DNA of 64,000 bases from Patescibacteria group bacterium (GCA_018814025.1 JAHJAM010000023.1:1896-65895); one strand, 5' to 3'. Positions 47,072 to 55,524 are shown, numbered from the stretch's first letter. Made by a program: numbers and translations. The notes: generated by a model from the letters alone, not told the origin.

Positions 47072-47500
47072 ATGGAAATGGACACCAACCAACCCATTAA
47101 CCTGTTTTCTCACCCCAGGTTCGATCAGAAATTCTTTGGCAAGCTGCACAGCATCTTACAGATCCACAATCCGCTTGAAGGTTGTTGGGCCCAGGCTCCA
47201 GTCGCGGCCGCTCGGATTACGCTCGAGCTGATCGCGGATGCCGAGTTGCCGCCTGAGTGGCTCAAGAATCATCTCACTATCTGGCTTATCGGCCACGGTT
47301 GTGACGTGATTCTGACCATTCAAAACATTGTGGATAAGCGCTGGGGCGAAGATAGGTATTTCCATCTTCAGGTCACAACCTGGCCGACGCACCCCATCTC
47401 TCTGGATCAGTTCCAGGACATCCACCTAGTATCATCCAGCGGCCAATGCTGGTCATCCCCCCTTGCAACTTTACGGATTCAGAAAGTCAGCCACGGCTAA
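47072..47500 (+). CDS. hypothetical small protein (divergent partner B)
   Basis: GGAGG six nt upstream of ATG 47072; about 142 aa; weak resemblance to partner A around an ELP..EWL segment. Confidence 0.45.
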   Translation: MEMDTNQPINLFSHPRFDQKFFGKLHSILQIHNPLEGCWAQAPVAAARITLELIADAELPPEWLKNHLTIWLIGHGCDVILTIQNIVDKRWGEDRYFHLQVTTWPTHPISLDQFQDIHLVSSSGQCWSSPLATLRIQKVSHG

Positions 47501-47593
47501 CCGCCTTCCAACCACAGTCTCCGGACTGTGGTTTTTTCTATTATCCTGCCCCAAAATGTGATACATTGTAAGCAATTCTTAATCGAAAATTTT

Positions 47594-48670
47594 ATGTCAA
47601 CCAGTCCAGAAATGCGCGGCTACGTGCCCGAAGCAGCCAAACCTAAAGCCGAGTTTGATGTTCTCAAAGAAGCTCAAGTTGAAAAAGCCGAGAAGCTCAA
47701 GCAATTGGACCAATTCGCGGAGAGATTTGCCAAGCTTCAAGAGCAAGCGGCTCAGATGAGTACCACTTCAGCGAAAGACCGTTTTAACCAACTTCATAAT
47801 CTTGTTGAAAGTTTAGCTGAACAACAAAATGAATTTTTAACCTACGTTCAAAATAAGATCTATCAAGCGGACGAAGGTGGTTTTTACCACGGCGAAGTTC
47901 CAAAAGATCTGCTTTCCCGAATCAATGAGGTCGCTACCGTGAGTCATATTCTCGAAGTCCGGGCCAATGTTGAATATAATGATATGCTGCCCAAAATGCA
48001 GACACTAAGTGAAGCCAGGGAACAGCATCGAGATGAATTAGAAAACATGAATACTGTTGTTGATAAAACATCCGGAGTCAAAGTGGCCGGTGTTCAGCAA
48101 TTTGAAGTCGATCCCAATACTGATTTGGGCAAAACCGCGATAGATGATTTGCGAGCCGATCTTAATACCAGCCAAGGAGAGGTATTTTCTTCTCGATCAA
48201 AAGACCAAGTCATCTCTGAAACCGTCAAACAAGAACCAGAAAATTTTATCCCTACTCAAATCGATACTAAAGTTGATCGTGATGAGCACATTTTTACCAC
48301 CCCAGACATTAATGCCGATACCATCCGCGAAGAACTAATCAAAACCAAGATTGAAGCTCCGAAAACGATCGTTAAAGATGTAAGAACCACCAAAGTCGGA
48401 GGTCCAGGAACCGTGGTTGAAGATCTGCCTTTTGCCAAGCCCGAAGATGTCATTGCTCTGGACCCAGATGTAACCGAAAAGACTATTGTCGAACCGGCCG
48501 CTCAAGATCAAACCGTGGTCGATGATAAAATCGGCGCCAAAGTTTTTGCCAATGAGGTCGAGCGGATTTCCGGCCGGGCTCAAAAGACCCAAGTCGATAC
48601 CCATCCCCTGTCCGAACTGATAGGTGACGAAGAAGTCACCCAAGTCGCCCGTCCGCCCAAGGCCGCATAA
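47594..48670 (+). CDS. hypothetical acidic coiled-coil protein
   Basis: Start placed at MSTSPEMRGY; 358 aa, Glu/Asp/Gln-rich; no family recognised. Confidence 0.4.
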   Translation: MSTSPEMRGYVPEAAKPKAEFDVLKEAQVEKAEKLKQLDQFAERFAKLQEQAAQMSTTSAKDRFNQLHNLVESLAEQQNEFLTYVQNKIYQADEGGFYHGEVPKDLLSRINEVATVSHILEVRANVEYNDMLPKMQTLSEAREQHRDELENMNTVVDKTSGVKVAGVQQFEVDPNTDLGKTAIDDLRADLNTSQGEVFSSRSKDQVISETVKQEPENFIPTQIDTKVDRDEHIFTTPDINADTIREELIKTKIEAPKTIVKDVRTTKVGGPGTVVEDLPFAKPEDVIALDPDVTEKTIVEPAAQDQTVVDDKIGAKVFANEVERISGRAQKTQVDTHPLSELIGDEEVTQVARPPKAA

Positions 48671-48673
48671 ACT

Positions 48674-49879
48674 ATGCCTTTTCATCCCTTCACCTCCCAT
48701 CCGTTTTGCCTGCCTCGCCAGGGTCTGTCCCCGGCCAGTCTATTCCCGACCTTGGTGATGAACCGATTGATCGGCTTTTTATCCGGTTCGCTCCTCAACC
48801 TGTTTTTCCCGATTTTTCTCTATCAAATTCTTCACTTCTCCATTCAGTATGTTCTGCTTTGGTATGGCTTGAACTATCTGATCCGAATCCCCTTTTTCGT
48901 GCCCGGCTCAAAATTATTTACTCGTTTCGGTTTGGTGCCGGCCATGGTGGTCGGGACCATCGGCGCTTTTGTCTTTCATTTGTGCGTTTATCTTTTAAGC
49001 GCCGGCGCCACTGAAATCTGGTTTTGGCTTTCCCTGGCCGCCATCGGTTTGGCCTTTAACAATATTTTTTATTGGTCGCCTTTTCACGTTGATTTTGCTC
49101 AGATGACGGTTAAAGATCATCGCGGCCGCCAGATCAGCCGATTTTATGCCATTCACCAGCTGATCAGTTTTATCTCGCCCATCATCAGCGGTTACGTGAT
49201 TGCGGTCTACGGTTTTTCTTTTGTCTTCCTGTTTGCCACGATTTTGCAGATTCTCAGTTTAGCTCCTCTGGCCTATCTGCCCAACTCTTTTGTGAAATAT
49301 GAATTCGGTTACTGGGAAACCCTGCGCAAGCTGGTGAGCAAAAAGTACCGCAACATGTGCTTGGCCATGGCCGCCAATGGCGCGGAAAACTTGGTGGGCG
49401 TGATTATCTGGCCGATTTTTCTTTTCATGATTTTCGACGGCCAATATTTGGATTTAGGAGTTTTTGCTTCCGTTATCATTATGATCAGCCTCATGTTGGA
49501 ATTATTCATTGGCAAAAAAACCGACTCGAAATCCAAAAGAAAGCTTTTGCGGCTCGGGACCGGGATCTATTCTCTGGGTTGGGTGGCCAAGGCCGCGGTT
49601 TCAACCGTGGTTGGGGTTTTTGCCGCCGCCACTTTTCACAGTTTCGGTTCGATTCTTCTGCGCACGCCCTTGGCCGCTGTGATTTATGAACAAGCTGCGG
49701 ACTCCGGCCATTATATTGATGAATACACAGTCCTGCGTGAAATTGGACTGAACATCGGCCGGGTGCTGATGGTTGTTGTGTTGATGTTGCTGATGCACTG
49801 GTTCTCGATTGCTTGGTCGTTTGTCATCGCGGCCGTGGTTTCGCTGGGTATGACCAAAATCGGTCAGCGAGTCAGTTAA
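48674..49879 (+). CDS. MFS-type transporter
   Basis: About 12 TM helices in two six-helix halves separated by a charged loop (KKYRNM). Confidence 0.5.
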   Translation: MPFHPFTSHPFCLPRQGLSPASLFPTLVMNRLIGFLSGSLLNLFFPIFLYQILHFSIQYVLLWYGLNYLIRIPFFVPGSKLFTRFGLVPAMVVGTIGAFVFHLCVYLLSAGATEIWFWLSLAAIGLAFNNIFYWSPFHVDFAQMTVKDHRGRQISRFYAIHQLISFISPIISGYVIAVYGFSFVFLFATILQILSLAPLAYLPNSFVKYEFGYWETLRKLVSKKYRNMCLAMAANGAENLVGVIIWPIFLFMIFDGQYLDLGVFASVIIMISLMLELFIGKKTDSKSKRKLLRLGTGIYSLGWVAKAAVSTVVGVFAAATFHSFGSILLRTPLAAVIYEQAADSGHYIDEYTVLREIGLNIGRVLMVVVLMLLMHWFSIAWSFVIAAVVSLGMTKIGQRVS

Positions 49880-49887
49880 CAGCAAAA

Positions 49888-49927
49888 CAAAAACACCCCG
49901 ACCAGCGTCGGGGTGTTTTATTTTTTG
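49888..49927. terminator. bidirectional intrinsic terminator
   Basis: AAAAACACCCCGACCAGCGTCGGGGTGTTTTATTTTTT. Confidence 0.65.
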
Positions 49928-49928
49928 A

Positions 49929-50702
49929 TTACGCGCCCAGCAAGCTGTCAATAATCTGTTTGACTGATTCGTATGGCAGCGCGCCGCGGATCGGTACTGC
50001 TCCGCCGTCCGCGCCAATCACGAATGATCCCGGAGTGCCTTCCACCCCGGCCGCGGCTCCGCCCTGGGCTTGGGTTCTGATTTTCGCGATATATTTTTCG
50101 CTTTCCAAGCAATCATTAAACTGGGTCATTTTCAGGCCAAGTTTGGTTGCGGTCTGTTTAAAGAAGTCCATGCCCAATGATTCTTGATCCCCGAACATAA
50201 TGCTGATGAATTCGTAAAATTTTCCCTGTTCACCCGCGCATTCGGCCGCGTTGGCCGCTGGTTCGGCCTGGGGGTGAAAAGATAATGGAAAGTGGCGGAA
50301 CACCCAGCGCACTTGGCCCGGATATTCATTAACTGTCTGCTGAGCATTCGGGTGGAATCTCTCACAGAAAGGGCATTCAATATCTGAGTATTCAATCACG
50401 GTAATCGGCGCATTGGGGTCGCCTAAAATATAATCATCCTCGGTCACGATCGGGATGCCGGCCGGTTGAGTATCCACCGTGTCAGCGGGGTCATTAACCA
50501 CAATCGGGTTATTATCCGCGGCCTGGCCTGGCAGCGCACAGCCACCCTTGAGCAGACAGCTGCCCAAAATAATAAATCCAATGGTTCCCAACACTAGAAT
50601 CGCGGCTATGAATCCACCGATAAACGCGGTTTTCGGAGGCATGGTTTCCAAAAACGATGGTTTTGGTTTGGTTGGAACCGGATGGGGAGTGTATGAAGGC
50701 AT
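49929..50702 (-). CDS. DsbA-like thiol:disulfide oxidoreductase, membrane anchored
   Basis: Thioredoxin-fold CPFC active site (EYSDIECPFCERFH); N-terminal TM helix. Confidence 0.7.
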   Translation of the reverse strand: MPSYTPHPVPTKPKPSFLETMPPKTAFIGGFIAAILVLGTIGFIILGSCLLKGGCALPGQAADNNPIVVNDPADTVDTQPAGIPIVTEDDYILGDPNAPITVIEYSDIECPFCERFHPNAQQTVNEYPGQVRWVFRHFPLSFHPQAEPAANAAECAGEQGKFYEFISIMFGDQESLGMDFFKQTATKLGLKMTQFNDCLESEKYIAKIRTQAQGGAAAGVEGTPGSFVIGADGGAVPIRGALPYESVKQIIDSLLGA

Positions 50703-50814
50703 GTCCATAAAAATTATTTTCAAAAGTTAGTATAAGTGGATTTATCCTACCGTTGATTCCGGATTTTGACAACCGGATGCAAATCTTTGTGTTGTGTCGT
50801 ATAATATAGATGAT

Positions 50815-51738
50815 ATGGCCGTCCCCCTCTCAAAATTAATTACTGATTTTTTGGAGTATCTTGAAGTTGAGCGCGGGCGTTCGCAAAGAACTATTCGCAA
50901 TTATGATTTCTATTTGCGCCGTTTCAGCGAATGGGCCAAGAATCCCGCTCCAGCCAAAATTGATCGGGACATGATTCGCCAGTATCGCCTTTGGCTAAAC
51001 CGTTCTTTGCCTGGCCGGGCTGAAGAGAATTTAAAAAAGAGCACGCAAAACTATCATCTCATTGCCTTGCGTTCATTTTTGAAATATTTATCCAAGCGCG
51101 ATATCTCTTCCCTGCCCCCGGAACAGATCGAGCTATCCAAACAAAGCCAGCGTACGGTCGAATTTTTGGAAGCTGATGAATTAGCTCGACTTTTAGCCAT
51201 TCCGGCCAAGCATGATGATTTAATTTCCCTGCGCGACCATGCAATTCTCGAGCTCCTCTTCTCTACTGGTCTGCGCGTTTCCGAATTAGCCAATCTCAAA
51301 ATCGATCAAGTTAATCTCGAGCGTGATGAATTCACGGTCCGCGGCAAGGGTGATAAACCTCGGATCGTGTTTTTGTCTGACGATGCCAAAGCTTCGGTCA
51401 AGACATATCTTAAAAAACGCCAAGATCCTGCGCCGTTCATGTTTGTTTCCCACGATCGCGCCAAAATTGGCCGTCAAGAACAAAAACCCATCACCGCCCG
51501 ATCCATTGAACGCTTAGTCGAGCGCTACGCCAAGCAAGCCGGCATTACCAAAAAAATCACTCCTCACACCCTGCGCCACACTTTTGCCACCGATCTTCTT
51601 CTAGCCGGCGCTGACATTCGATCCGTCCAATCCCTGCTGGGGCACGAATCCATCACCACCACGCAAATCTACACCCACATCACCAACCAGCAATTAAAGG
51701 ATGTCCACAAAAAATTCCACGGGAAAAACCGCAAATAA
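50815..51738 (+). CDS. tyrosine site-specific recombinase XerC/XerD family
   Basis: N-terminal SAM-like domain (LEYLEVERGRSQRTIRNY) and C-terminal catalytic ...HTLRHTFATDLL...LGHESITTTQIYTH. Confidence 0.8.
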   Translation: MAVPLSKLITDFLEYLEVERGRSQRTIRNYDFYLRRFSEWAKNPAPAKIDRDMIRQYRLWLNRSLPGRAEENLKKSTQNYHLIALRSFLKYLSKRDISSLPPEQIELSKQSQRTVEFLEADELARLLAIPAKHDDLISLRDHAILELLFSTGLRVSELANLKIDQVNLERDEFTVRGKGDKPRIVFLSDDAKASVKTYLKKRQDPAPFMFVSHDRAKIGRQEQKPITARSIERLVERYAKQAGITKKITPHTLRHTFATDLLLAGADIRSVQSLLGHESITTTQIYTHITNQQLKDVHKKFHGKNRK

Positions 51739-51766
51739 AAAACACCCCGGCTGAGCCAGGGTGTTT

Positions 51767-52597
51767 TTAAATCGACAAGAAATACCCGATAATCATGCCC
51801 GCGGCCAGCATGGGCATGGCCGGGATGCCGGTTTTGATCACGGTCGCCAGTATCGTGTTTATCAGTCCGCCAATAATGGCGCCGGCCAAGACCGCCAAAG
51901 CTACCGGAATCGTGTGGGAAAAACTCACGGCCGCAATGAAGATTCCTGGCAGGAATAAATCACCGGCGCCCAGCATGGCACTGCTGTCTTTTAAATTCGG
52001 TTTGGCCTTCCAGGCAATATGAGCGCGCGGCGCCAATAGTAATAAAGGGACGTTTTGTTCCACGGCCGTCGCTGCCAAGCGCGGAATAAAGCGCGTAGCA
52101 AAAACACCCAAGACATCGTAAACGCTAATGATTATCAAGACCATGATTATGAGCTCCACCGAATATCCCAGCCCGATTGGCAGTGATCCAAACAACACGG
52201 CCGCCAGGATGAAAACATTATTCGAGATGAAGCTGCGATACATGCGCTCGTAAATCAGCAAACCCATCGCCAAGAAGAAAGCCAGCTCCACACTAAAATA
52301 AATCGCGGCGCCGCCAAAAATTAGAAAGGATAAAATCATGGCCACGAGTGTTCCAAAGATATGCCGTCGTCGCACCAGATATAAAATGAACAGCGCAATC
52401 AACAAGGATAATAAGAAATCCAGCAAAGTAATTTGACCGGATTGTGATGAAACATATTGCAGGGAAGCAATAATTTTTGGCGAGGTCAGGCTGGCGAATA
52501 GAATAATCAAAAGCCAAACCAGCATTCCGCTGGCGATCAGCATCAGAATGCTATTGGCCCGTTCGCGTTTTTTCAATTGTTTCACTCCTCCTGGCAT
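51767..52597 (-). CDS. presenilin / signal-peptide-peptidase-like intramembrane aspartyl protease (A22 family homolog)
   Basis: Polytopic protein with YD (ISVYDVLG), GxGD (MLGAGDLF) and a PAL-like (IPAMPM) motif in successive TM helices. Confidence 0.5.
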   Translation of the reverse strand: MPGGVKQLKKRERANSILMLIASGMLVWLLIILFASLTSPKIIASLQYVSSQSGQITLLDFLLSLLIALFILYLVRRRHIFGTLVAMILSFLIFGGAAIYFSVELAFFLAMGLLIYERMYRSFISNNVFILAAVLFGSLPIGLGYSVELIIMVLIIISVYDVLGVFATRFIPRLAATAVEQNVPLLLLAPRAHIAWKAKPNLKDSSAMLGAGDLFLPGIFIAAVSFSHTIPVALAVLAGAIIGGLINTILATVIKTGIPAMPMLAAGMIIGYFLSI

Positions 52598-52666
52598 ATC
52601 GTGCTAATATTGTAGCATACGATTGACAAAGCTGGTGAAATCAAGTAACATTCCCTGCTACAATAT

Positions 52667-52743
52667 GCACCCGTAGCTCAACCGGATAGAGCAGGAGGGT
52701 TCTAACCTCAAGGTTGCAGGTTCGAGTCCTGCCGGGTGTACCA
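52667..52743 (+). tRNA. tRNA-Arg (anticodon TCT)
   Basis: Acceptor GCACCCG/CGGGTGT; D arm GCTC..GAGC; anticodon loop GTTCTAA; T-loop TTCGAGT; CCA encoded; unusual G27-A43 mismatch and G32. Confidence 0.7.
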
Positions 52744-52944
52744 TCGAGCTTGGCTCGAACAGATAGTAATTTCTCATGGCGACTATGGTGTAACGGTTAG
52801 CACATCAGTTTGTGGTACTGATAGCGAGGGTTCGACTCCCTCTAGTCGCCCCATCGAGCTTAGCTCGATTGTTTCGCGGTTAGCCAAAGCTAAGCTTTGG
52901 CCGTACTCGAGATAAGCTCGATGATCAGGCCAGCTGAGCTGGCC
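52744..52944 (+). repeat. cluster of five AGCT-core palindromic hairpins trailing the tRNAs
   Basis: TCGAGCTTGGCTCGA (52744), TCGAGCTTAGCTCGA (52854), GCCAAAGCTAAGCTTTGGC (52883), TCGAGATAAGCTCGA (52907), GGCCAGCTGAGCTGGCC (52928). Confidence 0.5.
52778..52853 (+). tRNA. tRNA-His (anticodon GTG) with encoded G-1
   Basis: G-1 pairing with C73; acceptor GCGACTA/TAGTCGC; anticodon stem TCAGT/ACTGA with loop TTGTGGT; T-loop TTCGACT. Confidence 0.75.
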
Positions 52945-52960
52945 CACCAAAACAAATAAT

Positions 52961-52983
52961 CTCCCTTTTGGGGAGGTTTTTTG
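52961..52983 (+). terminator. intrinsic terminator closing the tRNA cluster
   Basis: CTCCC-TTTTG-GGGAG followed by GTTTTTT. Confidence 0.55.
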
Positions 52984-53035
52984 TATTAATCCTTTACTAA
53001 TCCGCCTCAAATCAGTAAGCTATGGGCGCTATTCT

Positions 53036-54061
53036 ATGAAACGATTCCTCCCCACAATTTTAGCGGTCATTCTGGTTATTGGCGCCAGTTGTTTCGTTTA
53101 TCCCCGGTCAGAAACTCCGGCCGTGCCAAATCTCACCGCCCCCGCTCCCTCAACCATTGTTGAGGATCTATTTGGCGTCATCGATCAAATCAATGCTGCC
53201 GATCGCATTATGAGGATTCTTTTGCCCGATGGCGGTCTGGAAGAAGTTATTTTCACCGATCAACACTCCATCGTCGCTTCTGATCTCGGTCTATTGGCTC
53301 ATGTCTCAGGAGAACGCGAACTTTCAACCCGCCAAATCAAAGCTGACGCCATCCAACTGATCGGTTCACCCAACCTGTTTATTACTTCTCCCGAACCCGG
53401 TGCGGTTGTCACCTCCCCCATTATCGTGTTTGGCTTTGGCCGCGTTTTTGAACAAACCTTTCTTTGGCGCCTTAAAGATTCCAGCGGAGCCGTAGTTGGT
53501 CATGGTTACGCCATGACTAGCGCGCGCGACCTGGGTCAATTCGGTCCGTTTCGCTTGGAAATATTTCCGCCAGTTTTGCCTGACAAGTCTTTCACTTTAG
53601 AAATTTTTGCAGCTTCGCCGCGCGATGGCAGCGAACAAGATTTAGTGTCTGTCCCTCTTCATCTATTGTCCGCCGAGGCCACCACTTTCAATATTTTTCT
53701 TAGCAACCCTAATCAAGGCTCAGCTCATGATTGTTCTTTGGTCTATCCCGTGACCCGCACCATCGCCAAAACCAGTGCCGTGGGTCGCGCCGCTTTGCTT
53801 GAACTTTTGGTCGGTCCCACCCCGGAAGAAAAGTCCCAAGGCTACCAAACCCAGATCCCCGTTGGCACCCGGTTAAATTCTCTCAGCATCACCAGCGATA
53901 CCGCTATCGCGGATTTCTTTTTTCCTCCATATAATATTGCTGGCTCATGTCGAGTCATGGCCATTAATGAAGCAATCAACCAAACACTTTTGCAGTTCTC
54001 CACCGTAAATAATGTGGATATCTTAGAAAATGGCGGCTATCCGGTCAGTCTTGAGCCTTAA
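53036..54061 (+). CDS. secreted GerMN-domain protein with Ig-like (Gmad2-like) domains (paralog of 7157-7978)
   Basis: Signal peptide; C-terminal ...VGRAALLELLVGPT...GSCRVMAINEAINQTLLQF... Confidence 0.55.
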   Translation: MKRFLPTILAVILVIGASCFVYPRSETPAVPNLTAPAPSTIVEDLFGVIDQINAADRIMRILLPDGGLEEVIFTDQHSIVASDLGLLAHVSGERELSTRQIKADAIQLIGSPNLFITSPEPGAVVTSPIIVFGFGRVFEQTFLWRLKDSSGAVVGHGYAMTSARDLGQFGPFRLEIFPPVLPDKSFTLEIFAASPRDGSEQDLVSVPLHLLSAEATTFNIFLSNPNQGSAHDCSLVYPVTRTIAKTSAVGRAALLELLVGPTPEEKSQGYQTQIPVGTRLNSLSITSDTAIADFFFPPYNIAGSCRVMAINEAINQTLLQFSTVNNVDILENGGYPVSLEP

Positions 54062-54127
54062 ACATATTGAACAAAATTTAGTAAATCCGCTCCATTGAGC
54101 GGTTTTTTGTTTTCATAACTAAATCCC

Positions 54128-54156
54128 TTGACAGTCTCTTAACCCTGAGATATTAT
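54128..54156 (+). promoter_or_regulatory. consensus promoter TTGACA-N17-TATTAT driving the GC3-extreme orphan gene
   Basis: Exact hexamers with a 17-nt spacer; followed by the leader hairpin CCGCAAAATTTGCGG (54168-54182) plus TTTTGCTCTTTT. Confidence 0.55.
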
Positions 54157-54343
54157 ACCCGCCATCGCCGCAAAATTTGCGGTTTTGCTCTTTTCAAGTG
54201 AAGTGTTCAAAGCAGTTAAAAACGATCTCCTCCAGTTTCACTGGTGGCCTCGGATTCCGAAAGGACCGAGTCTGGCATACGAAATATCTCGGTGCCAGCG
54301 ATCGTTCTTAAAGATGCCCCAAAAAGGGCAGCGGGAGTGCCAG

Positions 54344-55429
54344 ATGACTCAGAACCAGAACCGGAACCGGAACACCACCACGGGCAACAACCGCCGCTAC
54401 CGCCGGCACGAAAACGAGCCAACCAAGCTCACCAAGTTTTCGTACGCCACCGATGGCGGCAGCCTCGACGTGGTCACCGGTCCCATGCACTCGGTGCACG
54501 GGTACCTTCAGCGGACCAAGGACAAGATCGCCATCTCGGCCATCTCGCTGAGCACTCTGCTCAAGCAGGCCATTGTCTCGGTGATCGTGTTCAAGAGCGA
54601 CAAACCCGGCATGTTCTCAACCAAGACCTTGATCCCCAAGGCCATCCTCGATGAGGTCTACCGAACCGCCAGCTACTACAGCGGCGTGCCCATCCAGATG
54701 GCCTGGCTGCGCCTCTTCGGGGATCTGGACCACAAGGTCCGCGTCGCCAGCTTCGACAGCGAGATCTTCAACGACAACTTCGGCTTCCTGGTCAACCGGT
54801 TCATGAAGGAGTTCAGCTTCATCTTTAAGGGCGGTCTGCTCAACGGCCATGCCGACACCAACACGCTGGTTCTCACCGCCCCGTACAACCCCAAGGCCAC
54901 GCGCCAGACCTACGCAAGCAACGGCACCAACTTCGGGCCGCTGCCCACGGTCACCGACAAGTCGGTCTGCCAGAGTGTCTTCGGCAAGAACCTGCTGGTG
55001 CAGGCCGAGCGCGGCGGTAACATCATGTTCGGGCTCACCAGCCAGAACCTGAGCGACTACCTCAACCACAAGATCGCCAAGCCCGACTGGGTCAAGGCCG
55101 GCAAGTTCGATGGCAACATCATCGAGCTCTCCAGCATCCCGGTCAACGCCGGCGTCATGGTCGTCACCACCGAGCGCAAGGGTGACCGTCGCTTCGACCT
55201 GGTTCGCGTGAACTGGGACAAGGATCTGCCCGTGATCCGGCCGGATCGCCAGATCCAGGTCATGGGGATCGCTCCGGTGATCCGCACCGACCAGAATGGC
55301 ATCATCACCTACGGCAGCGACCTGGACAACAGCTTCATCGGCATCATCCCGACTGACCAGCTGGGCTCCGAGTTCGCGGGCCTGATCGCCACCCCGCCGG
55401 TCGCCTCCACCCTGCCGAACATCATGTAG
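54344..55429 (+). CDS. orphan protein of foreign composition with an Asn/Arg-rich N-terminal arm (unknown function; capsid-like N-terminus is speculative)
   Basis: GGGAG six nt before ATG 54344 (alternative ATG at 54314); 362 aa; codons almost all C/G-ending (AAG, TTC, AAC, GAC, ATC), unlike the neighbours; N-terminus MTQNQNRNRNTTTGNNRRYRRHENE. Confidence 0.55.
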   Translation: MTQNQNRNRNTTTGNNRRYRRHENEPTKLTKFSYATDGGSLDVVTGPMHSVHGYLQRTKDKIAISAISLSTLLKQAIVSVIVFKSDKPGMFSTKTLIPKAILDEVYRTASYYSGVPIQMAWLRLFGDLDHKVRVASFDSEIFNDNFGFLVNRFMKEFSFIFKGGLLNGHADTNTLVLTAPYNPKATRQTYASNGTNFGPLPTVTDKSVCQSVFGKNLLVQAERGGNIMFGLTSQNLSDYLNHKIAKPDWVKAGKFDGNIIELSSIPVNAGVMVVTTERKGDRRFDLVRVNWDKDLPVIRPDRQIQVMGIAPVIRTDQNGIITYGSDLDNSFIGIIPTDQLGSEFAGLIATPPVASTLPNIM

Positions 55430-55487
55430 TTCGGCCCAGAACACTTCCCCCTTTCCCCAGTACTCTCTCCGGGTCGCTGGGAAACCT

Positions 55488-55524
55488 CGCCGGTGCGCAC
55501 CTCGTGTGTGCACCGGCTTTTTTG
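55488..55524 (+). terminator. intrinsic terminator of the orphan gene
   Basis: GCCGGTGCGCAC-CTCGT-GTGTGCACCGGC followed by TTTTTT. Confidence 0.65.

Noticed and set aside
50815-51738. Tyrosine recombinase as the integrase of a tRNA-targeting mobile element
   Set aside because: Domain layout and terminal motifs (…LGHESITTTQIYTH) match housekeeping XerC/XerD dimer-resolution recombinases. I see no flanking direct repeats or cargo, so I did not call a mobile element.
52667-52743. Alternative reading of the anticodon loop as TTCTAAC (anticodon CTA, amber suppressor)
   Set aside because: The flanking stems do not pair in that register. The GTTCTAA register gives a 4-bp stem plus one mismatch, and matches the second Arg tRNA.
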